Shown here in pieces: positions 12,691 to 28,594 of a stretch of DNA of 64,000 nucleotides (position 1 is the first letter of the stretch; each line of letters starts with the position of its first letter). A program made the translations under genes and the position numbers. The stretch is from the human T2T-CHM13v2.0 reference genome, Homo sapiens, in assembly GCF_009914755.1 (NCBI RefSeq), contig NC_060947.1. One strand, 5' to 3'. Below the pieces are notes generated by a model that was given only the letters and a program-made list of their open reading frames with translations, was not told the origin of the DNA and did not search any database.

Positions 12691-14866
12691 CTGCCAAGCC
12701 AAAACAACAAAGCAACGTATGAAATCAGGAGCAAGGCCCACAGCCAGTCCACAATCTGCAATTCTAACATTCAAGAGGCTCTGAAAACTTATTTCATAAG
12801 TTTGGCCTCATTCTTATTTGAATTGACATGAAGCTGTTTGTAAGCTTTATTTCTCCAACTTAATAGACATGTCAGCCAAGTGTGGTGGTGTGCACCTGTA
12901 GTCCCAGCTACAGTCCCAGGGCAACAGAGTGAGACCCTGTCTCTAAAAATAAATAAAATAGACATGTTTATCTAGGTTGCTGCAGAAATATTAATGTGCC
13001 TTGATTTACATGGTGCTCTCCTGGATCCTGCTTGGGGTATTACATAACATATAACAAAATTAGAAAGATTCTGAATCCTGCGGCACCTCAGGCTCCAAGG
13101 GTTTCTGGCATGTTCTCTTCTCCTTTGTATTTCCTTGAACAACCTGATGCTCTCGGTCACACAGCAATAAAGGTAATTCAGGTTAGCATCAGTTTCTCAT
13201 GAATCACCCCTTAGGCTACAAAGAACTTCTACCTGTAGAATTAGGCACTTAGGACTGGGCCCCGAACCGCGGTGATAACAATAATACATTGCCACTGTGA
13301 CTTCTTCCCCTGATCTCAAAGACAGCAAAGCTAAATGAGTTACTCTACCAGGCAGCAAGGCCTCTTTATTATAAATCTAAAGTAATTTAAGGCACTGTGG
13401 TAAGAAGAAAGACAAACGACCCATGTAATGGAACAGAGAGTGCAAAAACAGAGCCACACATTTATAGTCAGGTGACACTGCAGTGCAGCGGGGAAAAATG
13501 GTCTGCACGATAAATGTCATAAAAGGTCCCGAGTATAAAATGAAAACTAAAAAGACAAACACTTTAAAAGTAAGAAGTCTATTCATCAAAAAACTCCACT
13601 GAGATAAGCATAGATTTAGTAGACGAGACACGGAGCAATCATCATACAAGCAAACAACTGACTTCATCAAATTCAAACATCTTACATAAGAAACTAGACA
13701 GGTATGACACAGCCTGAGAATAAACATTTGCAATATTTACATCTGACAAAGGATTTGTATCCAGAACATATAAAGAACTCTTACAATTTAATAACAGGAT
13801 GAAAAGAACCATAAACAAATCCTGAACTTGAGCCAATGATATGCATGCTGAAGCTTTCAGGGGTAAAGTGCTCTGATATCTGAAACTTATTTTGAAATAC
13901 CAGGAAAAAGAAGGTGGATAGATGGGCAGTTTTTGGATAGAAATGTGATAAAGCAAACACAGCAACATGTTAACTGTAGAATCTAGGAGGTGTGGCTATA
14001 TGGGTGTCACTATAAAATTCTTTCATCTTTTTGGCGCCATTCCAAGAGCAGCCAGTACTCTTTAAAAAATATTATAAAATTTAATTTTTGAACCATTTGA
14101 GAGTAATCTGAAGACTTCATTCTCCTTTACCCATAGATGTCTCTATATGTTAGGAACGAGCATTTTCAAAACTGAAAATTTAACATTGACACAATATTGT
14201 CATCTGCCAACCCTTTCAAGAATGTCCTTTATAGCTATATATTTCTTCCCCAGTCCAGAATCCAACCTAGGACTTTTTGGTCCCAGAATCCAATCTAAGA
14301 CCAGAATCCAATCATGCATTTCACATTTCCTTACTCTTCCTTAATTTGGAAAATTTCCTCAGCCTTTCTTTTTCTTCTTTCATGACCTTGACATTCTTGA
14401 AGAGTACACACCTGTTATTTTGTAGATGTCTCTCAGTTTGGGGTTATCATCTGATGTTTTTTCAAGATTAGACTGGGATTTTGCATTTTTGGCAGGAATT
14501 CCAGGAAAGTAGTGGTGTGCCCTTTCCAGAACAACACTACTCTTAAAAGCCCAAACCTGAAAATAGCCCAAAAGTCCATCAACAGTAGAATGGATAAACT
14601 GAAGCATATCCAAGTGGATACCCTACATCAATGGCAATGAATGGCTACTGCTACACCACTCCATGGTAGATCACCTGTGGATCAGTCTCACAGGTGATCA
14701 CTCTCTTCTCCTTAAAATGCTCCTTCTCAGTTTGCTTTGCTGTTCTTTCCTCATCTTACTGATCTGGGTAAGAGCTATCACAATGGGGAAAAACTATGGA
14801 AACCTCTGAAAATGCTCCCTGCCCACCCCAGATAAAATATTAAATCAAAAATGATATAGCCACCTG

Positions 14867-14895
14867 GAGGAGGAGGAGGAGGACGAGGAGGAGGA
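14867..14895. repeat. (GGA)n short tandem repeat
   Basis: Directly visible, one interruption. Confidence 0.9.
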
Positions 14896-15192
14896 ATAGG
14901 CCTGAAGTGGGCTTATGGAAGGGTCTGCTGAAAATAGGGGATAGCTGCATTCCAGTCACACCCAGAGGTGACCCTCAAAGACAGTAGGGAGGGAAGATCT
15001 TCCCAATAGGCAGAACTGTGAGGAGTGTGCCATTCACTGTGTGGGGAAGGAGAAGGGTCCCTAGATGGGAATAGATGGTATTCCTGAGCAGTGTCCACTG
15101 GCCTGCCCAAGGCCTAGAAAAGGACTAGAAGATGAGAGAGAAGGAAGTCTGGAGTAGAGGCTTACATCATTTCTAAGGGACTCTGATTTCTA

Positions 15193-15541
<349 letters not shown>

Positions 15542-15887
15542 ATGGTGAGGTTTGAAGTAGTATTCGCTATCAGGTGACCTCAAATGAGGGAAGTACTGAG
15601 AAAGAGAAACTGCCTTCTCTAGCAACTAGAACTTCAAAAAACTCACATGACACCAAGTCATATGGCATTGCTGTTATAACAAAATTGTCTAAGATAGGCT
15701 TATATTTAAAAAATTGACTTATGATACCCGGGATACACCATGTAGGTAGGAAAAGGAGGTTCTGAGGGTGATCTTGAAGATTTATTGTTAAGCAAAAAAT
15801 AATAATAATGTGATGAAGGGTATACTAGCTTCATCATAAACAGTGAAAGAATGATTATATTCATATTTGCTTAAAAATCCATAAACT

Positions 15888-16198
<311 letters not shown>

Positions 16199-16431
16199 CT
16201 ATGTCTGGAAGGAGACATAAGAAACAGTGGTTGCTTCTAGGGAGAGGAACTGGGTGGCTATAAGATGGGGTGAGAAGGAAATTGTTTTCACTGTGTATCA
16301 AGTTATACCTTTTAAATTATGTATTATGTGCTTGTGTTACTTTAATAAAATAAATTAGTAAAAGAATTTTCCAAAGTGATTGGGACTCAGGTTCAAGTAC
16401 TTGTGTGGATCTTGTCCTGCCTCAACCTTGA

Positions 16432-17001
<570 letters not shown>

Positions 17002-17305
17002 TAAGTGAGAAGTGGGATGTTGGATTGGCAACCAGTTATAATAATCTAAAAACCACTTATTGATTTTTACTTTTTAGAACTCACTTAGAAACAAATCATG
17101 AAACAAATAACAGACTGTAAATATCAGCACCATGACAATATTAAGGTACACATGTCCATGATAGGAAGTTGGCAGGTAAAAAGGGGAGAAAAATCGAAAG
17201 GAAGAGGCCTGTAATCTTGTTCTGTTACAAAGTGGGGAGTCAAGAAGTAGGATCTGCATTGGTTGGACAATAAATGAAGGAGTGAATGCATTACTTAAAG
17301 TTCCA

Positions 17306-17472
17306 AGCCAGGTGTGGTGGCATGTGCCTGTAGTCCTAGCTACTCGTGAGGCTGAGGCAGGAGGATCATTTGAGCCCAGGAGGTCAAGGCTGCAGTGAGC
17401 TATGATAGCACCACTGTACTCTAGCCTGGGCAACAGAGCGAGACTCTATCTCTGGAAAAAGAAAAGAAAAAA
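17306..17472 (+). mobile_element. Alu right monomer (FRAM/AluJ fragment)
   Basis: Right-arm consensus plus A tail. Confidence 0.82.
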
Positions 17473-17729
17473 TCTCCAAAGCAGAAGTTGCAAACTGTTT
17501 TATTTCGACCACATGTCTCTGTTTTGTTTAGTAAAAATCAGGGGACTCCAACTTCTTTTTAAAGTATCAGAAGATCTGGCATCGCTCTCCAGGTGGCCCC
17601 AGCTCTCACATTCCTTACTGATGCCTCAGCCAGAAGCCAGTGTTGGCTACCGATCACCCTATATCTGGGGTGTTATTTTTCTCATACACGAGTGCTTTCA
17701 CTCACTTGGTCCATGTAGGTTACACTAAA

Positions 17730-19115
17730 AGCACGTATACATGATGGAAAGGTACAGACCCATGAAAAGCTAAAATAATTTTGAAAAACAAGAGAGTAGG
17801 AAGACTCAGTCTGCACAGTTTCAAAACTTACTGTAGTATAGTCTCAGTAAAGACTATGTGGTATAGACATGCAGATCAAGGGAACAGGATAGGGAACCCA
17901 GAAACAGACCCACAGAGATATGCCCAGTTGATTTTTAACAAAGATGCAAAAGCAACTCAATGGTGCTGCAGCAATTGGAAACTCATCACCAAAAAGGGAA
18001 ATGCTGACCTGAACCTTACCTTCTAAAATGGATATGGACTTACATGTAAAGTGCAAAACTAGAAAATATATTTGAAAAAAATAGAAGAAACTTGTCAGGA
18101 TCTAGAGCTAGGCAAAAAGTTCCTATACATGACATCAAAAGCAGAATCCATTAAAGGAAAAATTGGTAAATTGGACCTCATCAAAATGAAAAACTCTTGT
18201 TCTGTGAAAGCCCACATGAAGATTGTGAAAATACAAGCTACAGACCGGGAGAAACATTTACAAACCACATATCCAATAAAAGACTGGTATATAGAATATA
18301 AAAAGAGAGTGCTCAATACTCAACAGTAAAAACGAACAATCTAATTAGAAAATGGGCAAAAAACATGAACAGATATTTCACCAAAGAGGATATATAAAGA
18401 TGGCAAATGAGGATATAAAAAGATATTCAACATCATTAGCCATCAGGGAGAAATGCAAATTAAAACAACAATGATATATCACTACACATCTATCAGAATA
18501 GCTGAAATAAAAAAATAGTGACAATACTCATAACTGGTGAAGCTGAGGGAAAATTGGGCATCTCATACATTGCTGGTGGGAATGTAAGTGATATGGCTTC
18601 CATAGAAAATAGTTGAACACTTTATTAAAAAACCAAACACACAACTACCATAAAACCCAGGGATGACACTCCTGGATATTCACCTAGAGAAATGGAAATT
18701 TATGTTCACTCAAAAGCCTGTACATGAATGCTCATAACAGCTTTATTTATAACAGCCAAAATCTATAAAGAACCAAAATACAGGTGAACAGTTAAAGCGT
18801 GGTACATCCATACCATGGAACACTTCTCAGCAATTAAAACAAAAAACACTATTGATACTAAAACAACTTGGGATCCAGCTCAAAGGCATTATCCTGACTG
18901 AAAGAAAGCTAATCTATTTCAAAACATCACATACTATATGATTCCACTTATATAACATTCCTAAAATGACAAAATCATAGAGACATTGAACAGAGTAGTG
19001 ACTGCAAGGAGTTGCGGGGATGGGGTAGGGAGGAAGACAAGTGTGACTATAAAGCGACAGCAGGAGAGAGGCCTTTGTGGGGATGGAACAGTTCTCTATC
19101 TTCATTGTGGTGGTG
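17730..19115 (+). mobile_element. Old L1M 3' portion
   Basis: Degenerate ORF2 C-terminal and 3'UTR similarity. Confidence 0.8.
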
Positions 19116-19120
19116 GCTAG

Positions 19121-19435
<315 letters not shown>

Positions 19436-20149
19436 GCTATGTCATATTCTTCTTATCCAGCTTTATTACAGTGATTGCTTTTTACATGTCAGCCTTTAAA
19501 TTAAAGACTCAGCAAAGCTTACTAGAGGCAGAACCATTCCAGCTGGAAAAGTTCAAGAGTTGCCATCCCAAAGGTTGGTCTTTCAGATGTGCTTATCCAA
19601 CAAGACGTTCCTCTTTACGATGACTAAGAGTCACTATCACGCTTACCCAGAAGTTGCAAATGATGACTAAGAAAAACGGAAACTTCCAACGTGGTAACTA
19701 AAGTACACACTTGCAACAGTAAGTTTTCCAAAAGCAAAGCACAATTTTCTCCACCGTGAACTTGTCCCTGAGCCACCCTGTCTTCATGAGACTCTCAGAA
19801 AGGGAGGGTCAGCTCTCTGTGACCTCATCTTACAGAACTCCTTCAACTAGTCCCCATGTCTCCTCATTACTGACACATCATAGGAGAAAAGATATGCAGA
19901 CATATACTGTCAGTGACATGAGTAATGCTGAACAAATAATAAAGGTCAAAGGTACTAGATTCTATTTCTCAGAGTTCAGTTCACAACCTCCACATCATCC
20001 TCTCAAAGCAGCCACCATCATCTGTAGTGGATATAGGAGGCCACAGAGCTATGGCAGGCCTGCCCCTGACCAGTGACAAGGCAGGGCGGAAGTGGCTCTG
20101 TTAAGGATGACTGCTGGGATTCAGGAGGAGCCAGGGAATAAACACTCAC

Positions 20150-20255
20150 CCAGGACTCCATGTCTGGCCTTTGTTCTGCAGCCTCTGGCCTTTAATCAGA
20201 CAAAGTGCTGGAGTGGCAATGCCTGCCGCTCTGAAAGCCCCTTCAGAGGAAACAT
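20150..20255 (-). CDS. MPP1: Candidate alternative MPP1 exon ending in ATG GAG TCC TGG (MESW), in frame with exon 2
   Basis: ATG 20161-20159 in gacATGg context; TGG|GTGAGT consensus donor; pyrimidine-rich ctgcag| acceptor at 20255; GC boxes at 20331-20355; 5' boundary uncertain. Confidence 0.6.
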
Positions 20256-21832
20256 CTGCAGCAGGGTTCAAAGGGCAGAGGCAGTTGCTCAAAGGAAGCT
20301 GGAATTTAAAAAGAGATGAAAAACAAACTTGGCGGGGGGCGGGCGGTGGCGGGGGTGAATAGAGCAGGGGCAACTGAAGTTGGCTTTCTAATCCAAACAA
20401 TTAGATTAAGTGACAGTGAACATAGGAAAGAACAAATATTTGCTCAGCCTACTGTTAGGCTCTTTGCCAACTGCTCCCACGTGGAGACTTAGAAAGCCAA
20501 GTCCAAGAAGGCGAGATGATGCCAGACAGCTGCCCAGCAAGCCCTGGCCCCAGGTGCTCGCAAATTCCCTCTCTTTGCATGGGCAGTATCCTATTCCACT
20601 TTGGGAAAAAACAAGAGAAACTGAGAAAGCCAAGGGTATTCTGAAGTATTAGAAAGAGATTAGCACTGTTTAACCACAAATGACAGGAACTAGGGAGAGA
20701 GGAAGGCCTAAGAGCCAGGATATTCTGGCAGGTACTGTCTTAAAATCATACATTAACCAGGTGCTTTGCTTCTCAGGTACTAAATCCATCTGGGAACACA
20801 TACATCAACCTAAAGGCCAAGTCTCTAGAGATCCCTTCCCAACGAGCTTTTTCTACCCCATGCTCTCAGTACACATGCAAAGGCTTTTGCTTCCACTGGG
20901 GAAAAAAAACAACAGGAAACTCAAGTAGCACCGTTCCACACAGCAGAAACACAGGGCTGCAGATACCTGGCACTGAGTCCCCACACTGCCATTAAACCAG
21001 TGCCGGAGCTGTGTGCAAATAACAACACTCGTTAAATCAAATGCTCATCCCCATTCTGTGGTCAATATTTGAAGACATGAAATGGTTCAGAAACCTGTCT
21101 GAGCTTAAAGGATGAGTAAGCCTCAGACTCCAGAAGTTAAACTATAAGCATGGACTTTGGAGTTTGTGCAGGTACATGGAGAGAATGCAGGTGCTGTGTC
21201 CCTCACATAAAGGCTGCCTCTGCACTGTGCAGAATATTCAGAGATGATGGCAGGTGCTAAGGAGGAAAATAAAGCAGAAAAGGCCTCGCAAGGAAGATAA
21301 CTTTTGAGGGAAAACCTATTATGTGTTTTGTTCATGTATATTTCTTCATATGAAAGAAAAAAAGAAAAGCAAGACTATGTTACGAAAGTTCCTCTTCCCC
21401 TCCTCTGGCGTCACTTCCCCTACCCCAGCCAATTTTGGAAATATGGCTATTTAGTCTTGCCTTTCTACACTCCACACCCAGAGTTCTTTTTTAGCAACAC
21501 TGAAAGGTTAGAGACAACTCACTGCTTAGGAGAAAAATCTCTGCATCAACTAATTTTGTCTCCCCTCTTGACACTGTCTCAGGACATTATTGATTGTCAC
21601 AACTTAGCGGCGAGGTATTACTTTTTACAACAGAATTATCAGACCCAAAGTGTTAACAGTGCCCAGGTTGGCAAACTCCAATTTAAGGGAATTGATCTTA
21701 ACCTGAAATATCTGTTCCTGGTATTCTATTATACTTCAGTGTCTTGTGTAGGGAGAACAAATGAGTTAGAAAAGAATAGAACGTTCATGATGAAACTCAA
21801 ATCTGCTTAGCCACAATAAAAGCAGATTCTTA

Positions 21833-22213
<381 letters not shown>

Positions 22214-25200
22214 TCATGAAGTTCCTGGAAGTGAAGGACAGGAAAGGCAGACTGGCTGAGACCACACCACATACTGGGGAAATTGGGCAGAGGACTAAAT
22301 AATTTGAAAATTACACTTTACTTTCTAGTATCAGTTCTGTGAAAAGAAAAGCCTTGAACGGAACCATTTCCTTTGCAAAGGAAACAGCAAGATCCAAGTC
22401 TGCAGCGAAAGTTCTTTCTCAGGTGAAATTATAACTAGTCAGAAGCAGAGTCAGTGATCATGCACACCGTAGACTCAACCTCCTGCCATCGCAGAAGGTG
22501 CCGCACTCGGCATGCACCTTGGTGTCCGTGCACAGGCTGTTCCCTCTGCCCAGGTACCACCTGCCAGTTACAGCCTAGGTACTGCGAAATGCAAGAGCCC
22601 ACTGTGCTGGGTGCCCCTCCTTGCTCCACAGCGCTCCACAGCTGCTTCTATCACATCACCACCACACTACTGTATTTGTTTCCATGTCTGCGTCCTTCCT
22701 TATTTGCCTCTTAGTTCCAGCAGCAGACCTGGAGTAGGCAACAAACAACACTGCGTCACACTCAGTGACCACCAGCGGGGAGTAATGCTGCATGTGATGG
22801 CCTAAGAACCAAGAAACAGGTTTTCTTGGTGGAAATTTGCCTGGAGCCTGACTTATCTGTTAGGTGATTTTTTTTTGATGTGAGATAGGCCCAAGAGAAT
22901 TTTCAGGGATTCTCAACCAATTGCTTCAGGTCCTGGGGAAAGTGTTGCTTCAAACAGGCCCGAAGAGAAAAGCAGTATTGGGAATTTTACAACTACTTTT
23001 ATGTGCATTAATGGATACTGCTGTGAAGAACAAGGCCAGAGAGAGCTAATAAAATTAGTTTCTCCATTAACCTGCCTAGACCACATTGAAAAGAAAAAAA
23101 AAATTAGTTTATCCAAGGAAGGAGATATACTTAAATAGGGGAGACAGGCTACATTCAAACCTATTGCAAAATTACCTTTAGACAATATTCTTTCAGTATT
23201 AAATGTGGATTATAATTGGAAGTGAAACTTTGTTTTGAATCGGTAGCCTTTTTCCATAAAGTGACACCTTTAAATGAAACTTTCAGCAAAATAATTTTAT
23301 AATTTCTATTGAAGCCAACAACTTCCTCACAGGTTTTCCTGCTTCAAATCTTGCCATTATAGGAAAACTTTCTGACTGCTACTACTGGGCAGGCAGCTCC
23401 TAGGGAGATACTGGGTCATTACCCTGGATGTCCCAGTGTGGCTCAAGGTCCTTGTCAAGCATTATCTCATGTAAATGTTGCCACAACCTTCCAAACTTGC
23501 CAGTTTCATAAAGGAGAGAAACCTAAGGCACAGAGAGCTTCAGCAGCTTGCCCAAAACCATGCAGCAAGTGAAAGGCAGAGCTTGCTGCTGCAGCAAAGA
23601 CTGGTAAGAGCCCCAAAGGGAAGGTGAACCTAAAGAAATAAGAATCCGCAGGTTGTGGAGTCAAGCCACACTTCATCGTGTGAAGAGTCTCCCTCAGATG
23701 CTCACTTTGGCACAGCTGGATACTATTTCATTCAGGGATTCAGTAAGTTTTCTTATTTGATCTTCTTCAAATCCGTTAGTAAAAACCAAACAAATTAGCT
23801 AACTGGTAGACTATCTCCAATATTACAGTATAAACTCACAGCCCCACAAAACGTGCTGTTTACTCAGAGGTTGTGCCCACAACATAACACTGGTGGTGAC
23901 AGGGCCTCTTTTCAAAAAGGCACAGTCTTTCAAGCATGCCCATAAGGGAACACATAGGTTTACATAAGAACCCCGACACAAAATACATCATACTGTAGGA
24001 TTCTATTTATATAAAATTCCAGAAAAGGCAAATCTATAGTGACAGATCAGTGGTTGCCATGTTCCAGGTGGAGGAAGGTGACTGACTGCCAAGGGTCACA
24101 GGGGAACTTCCTGGAACCTTGAAAATGTTTATTCTTTGTCATGATTGTGGTTGTCGTTACATGACTATATACATCTGTCAAATGTCATCAAACTACACAA
24201 TTAAATTTCATGAATTCTACTGTATGCTAAGTGTACCTCAATAAGACTTCCAGAAATAAATAGATTTTTTAAAAATAGTTGAGGCTCAGCCAAGTGAGTA
24301 CTGATTGTGGGGAAGAAAAAAATCACAAGTCCAAGTTTATGGGGAATCAGGTAACAGAACTTGTAATTTTGTCTCATCATCTGTATAACAATAGCATCTT
24401 TCATGCCTGTATTATTTCTGCACTCATTTAAACTCAGGCTGTTGCAATCCTGATTTGAAATGACAGGCAGGTGTGAATGCCTCACTCGAGTGGAATATAA
24501 AGGGTAAGGCAATGCGGTGCAGCAGACACAAAATCTAGCCTCAGTTCTGATGCCCATTACTTGTTTCCTTGAGTTAATGCCACTTAGCCCAAAGAGTCTA
24601 CAGCTCTACTGCTTGCCTTATGTTGCAGGGACCTTCAGTTTTTTCATCTGTGAAATCGGAGGGTTACTGTAAATCCCAAATGTCCATCTCTTCAGTCATT
24701 TATTAATTTAGCAAACATTTCTGAGGACCCACTTATTGGGCACTTAAAGAAGTGAGTATGACACGGCCCTGCCCTAGAAGACCTTGCAGTCTAGGAAGGA
24801 GGTTCATGCTGTGACTTCTGAGCTTCTGCCTGGCTCTCTGGTTCTCTCTGGACATTTTCCCCTTGGGACCTGGCCAGCATGCTGTGAGGAAGACCAAGCC
24901 ACAGGGAGAGGCTGCTGGTTGATTTTCTGGCTCATGGCTCATGGCTCCAAATGAGTAAGTGAGCCGTGTCCCCACCTGACAGACCCTGAGTGACGACCAC
25001 CTTGCTGGGCCCAATCAAAACGAAATATGAGAGACAAGAAAATGCTCAGTGTTGTAAACCAGCGAGTTTGGGAGAGATTTGCCAGTAACAGATAAGCACA
25101 ACCTACCCTTAGGGCATCTTTGAGGACGGAGGTTAATAGCTATTTACCAGCCATCCATCCCTGGAATCTGGATTCCTTGTTCCACCCGCAAATATACACT

Positions 25201-25489
25201 GGCCACCCTCTTTGCACCATAGCACAAGGGGACCTGCCTAAATGAAGAGGAACAGTGAGTGAGCTCTTTAGAACCAGAAGCTGGCTTTTACAATCATTTC
25301 TGCTGACCCAAACACAAGCACTTCAACAACAACCAGGCAGACCTACTCCTTGATGTGTTCCTTAAAGACTTTCTGTTACTCTGACTTCCGTCCACGAGGA
25401 AGTTTTCCTTGCCCTTAATAAGCGCACTGTCCAGGCCGCTGCCTCTCCTGATTTCCAACTGGAAGGACTGCTGGGGGCAAGGATCCACT

Positions 25490-26180
25490 GCACCAGCAGC
25501 CCGGTACGAACCCGGCCGCGCGCTGGCCTTGTCCTCACCCCGCCGGCTATCGCGGTCTCCGACCTATGGCCAGGACCCGCAAGGACAGGCCCCCCGGGGA
25601 CAGGGACCGGGACAGGGAAAGTCCCGAGATGAATGGCCGAGCCCCGGCCCAGCGCCCTTGGGACTAGCGGGGCCCGCTCACCTCTGGCCGACTACGCTTC
25701 TGCAGCAAATGCTCCAGGTAGAGGTCGGAGAGCGCCGTGTGCATGCTGCCCCCACTCTCGCCCTCGCTCGCCTTGAGGGTCATCTCGCAGAAGCTGGAAC
25801 ACTGGAACGCAAGACAGGGCAGCGCTGGGAATGACAGGGCCCGGGGCCTGCGGGGCTGCGGAGAAGGCGGGAGACGCGGTGCGGCTGGGCCAGTCACCGC
25901 CCCGCAGGCGGTGCGCCGGGAGGGCGCGGACGGAGCTCCGCCTACGGCCCGCCCACTCCTGCCCTCGCTCCGCCCATGGAAGTCTCCCACGCCCCGGACT
26001 CCGCGGCTCCCTGCGCTCCGAGAAGCGGCCCTTAAAGGGCCTGAGGAAGTCGTAGCTGTAGGTGGCCGCGTGAGATGAATGCCAGAAAGATAAGAAAGGG
26101 GAGGGGGCCCCCAGCTTCTGGGTGGTTGAGCACACGGCCCACGCCCCGTTGGGCCTGAGCCGCCCGGGTGCCCTGGCCAA
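25490..26180 (-). promoter_or_regulatory. MPP1: CpG island / GC-box promoter of MPP1
   Basis: Abrupt rise in GC and CpG density around exon 1; GGGCGG-type boxes on minus strand (e.g. ~25948-25955, ~25969-25975). Confidence 0.9.
25682..25783 (-). CDS. MPP1: MPP1 (p55) coding exon 1, [34 protein letters not shown]
   Basis: ATG at 25783-25781; 102 nt; GAG|GTGAG donor; matches human p55 N-terminus; lies in CpG island. Confidence 0.97.
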
Positions 26181-26879
26181 ATTCGTGGGGATTGCAGGGA
26201 GGCAACAAGGGAAATCAGAATCGGCCGGCTTAGTGGAGTTCAAAAGATGTAGGTGAACTCTAGACTCTTCCCATAAATTGATGCGGGCGCAGCATTACCC
26301 TTTGAGATCTGGACATTGCGAAAATGCCTTTAAGGCTGCTGTGCTGCTGCACCCTGTCATTTAATTGTTGTGTGCTGTTTGATGATGAAACATCTTATTG
26401 CCTTCAAAACCAAACTGTTTTTACTTAGGGCAGATCTCCTGCTGTAAATGCCACAAAATTTTTCCGGCTCAGCGAAAGCAAAGGCAGCAAACATTCCTTA
26501 GTAACCCTAGAGGAGGATTCCTTAGCATCCTAACGCATTGGAGACATTCAAACACCAGTCACAGCGATGGAAGGCTTTCTGAACAAAACAAACATTTAAT
26601 GGGCTTGTACGGCTCTTGGTCCCCTACCCCAAGCTAGTAGCCTCACAGTATTAGAAGCAGTTCATCACTACATGTAATCTTATTCTGACCTTCCTCAAAG
26701 CTTCCTGGGAAGGAGGAGCTCATAGCCAAGAGGAGAAAATCCAAGGGCAACAGTTTAGAGCTGCATTGCCCAGTTTTCTCTACCAAGAGGCCGAACTCAT
26801 GTGAATGACGGTTCCCTTCCTCAAGATCACTCTAAACGAACGGGGGGGGAGGGGGGGGGTGGGGTGGGGGGGGAGAGAT

Positions 26880-27745
26880 TGAAATTAAGACTGTGATATT
26901 GAGGCATGGATAGATTAATTGAGCAATGGCATAGAATAGAGAACCCCGAAACGCAACCATGCAAGTATAGAAATGTGGTATATGATAGAAGTGGCATGTT
27001 AGGTAAGTAAACAGGGACATTTTATTAACTGACGCTGGAAAATGGTTATTTATATTGGAAAAGATGAAATTGGAATCCTCATTCATGTGATATGGAAAAT
27101 AATAATAATCTATTCCAGATGGATTAAGGAATTAAATGTCAAAAACATACCCTTAAAGCTCTTGACAGGAAACATAGGCAAGGAACTTTTAGACTTTGGG
27201 ATACAGATTTCTAAACAATGTAGACAAACCATTGACCATAGAATGGAATAGTGGTAACTTTGACTTTAAGAATTTTAATTTATGAAGACACCATAAAGAG
27301 CAAAAAACACAGCTGTGCATTGGGAGAAAATATTTTCAATACAGATAAGTGGCAAGGAATTCCAATTGCGAATATATAAAGGACTACAAATTATTAAGAA
27401 AAACACAATCCAGTAAAGAAGTGGGCAAAACACATGAATAGGCATTTCACCAACAGAGAGACGCATATGGCCAATAAACATACATATAAAGAGATGTTCG
27501 ACATCATTAGTGATCAGGAAAATGCAAAGCAAAACTACAATGAAATACCACTGTTCACCCATTCAGTTGTCAAAAATTTAAAAGTCTAACAGTACCAAGT
27601 GTTGGGGAGGATGTGAATCCATATGATTTATTGAATATTGCTGGTGGGAGTCTAAATTGGTACCAGTTGTAAGGAAAACGGGTTTCCATTATCTCTTACA
27701 GTTGAACATACATCTACCCTCTGAGCCAGCAATTCTGCTCCTAGA
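26880..27745 (+). mobile_element. Old L1M ORF2 3' remnant
   Basis: Degenerate L1 ORF2 sequence. Confidence 0.75.
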
Positions 27746-28594
27746 GGGAACAACTATTCCCAGTTTGGTCTGTAACCTTCCAGGTCTCCCTCTGTGCATC
27801 TGCAAAATATTCAGGACTAGAGTTGCCTTGTTTGTCCAGGTACGAAAACCATAGTATGGATGGCCTTGCTCCAATTTATACTCCTTCCATATTTTCTCAG
27901 CCTTATCTACTTCCCAGGCGATCAGGCACTTGATCAATGGAAATCCCTGACTGCCACTGACGTTTTCACATCTCCTGACACTTCTGACTCCTTCACTTTT
28001 CTAAAGTGAGGGCTAGGTTCTGAAATGACCTCTACTGCACTCACTGCAGCAGGAGCTTCTGCACTCAAGCTCATCCTGACCAGATCCATGGAGGCTCTGA
28101 TGACTCCTACCACTTTTGGATTCAGGATTGAACTGTGGTGTGTGGGATCTGGCTTTCCTACTGACTACCAGGACCAAGGTAACACAACTCAGAGGTGTGA
28201 GGAAACTAACAAACACCTAATAGGGTGAACTTTGACCACTGACAGAAATGAGACAAACACCCGTAGGCAGATCAATTCCTTTCCTCAACCATTTCAAGAT
28301 GGTGTGATTCTATACAACTCTTCTGGAAGCATTCAGGAAGACTGTGAGATAAGCTGTGTTTTCTTGAGTAACAGTGGCGAACTCAGTAGCACACCAAAGT
28401 ATATTTTGTTTCCATCCTTCCCTACCTCACTTCATTTATTCCCTCACTCTTACACCCATGGGATTGCATCCTTCACTAAAGATTTACCACATATGTTTTG
28501 CTCCAGGCTTTGCTTTCTACCAAACATAGGCTAAGAAAACAGGTGTCAGAAATGGGGTGGCCTCAGAAAACAGACCCTCAGGATAGGACTTTTG

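Noticed and set aside
14253-14312. Three spaced CCAGAATCCAA repeats, superficially array-like
   Set aside because: Short local duplications in a decayed repeat; eukaryotic DNA, no CRISPR features
21304-21810. 168-aa plus-strand ORF in MPP1 intron 1
   Set aside because: TTG start, no recognisable domain, antisense intronic; probably chance
25409-26243. Several 100-180 aa overlapping ORFs at the MPP1 promoter
   Set aside because: Expected from stop-codon scarcity in a CpG island; only the MTLKASE frame has support
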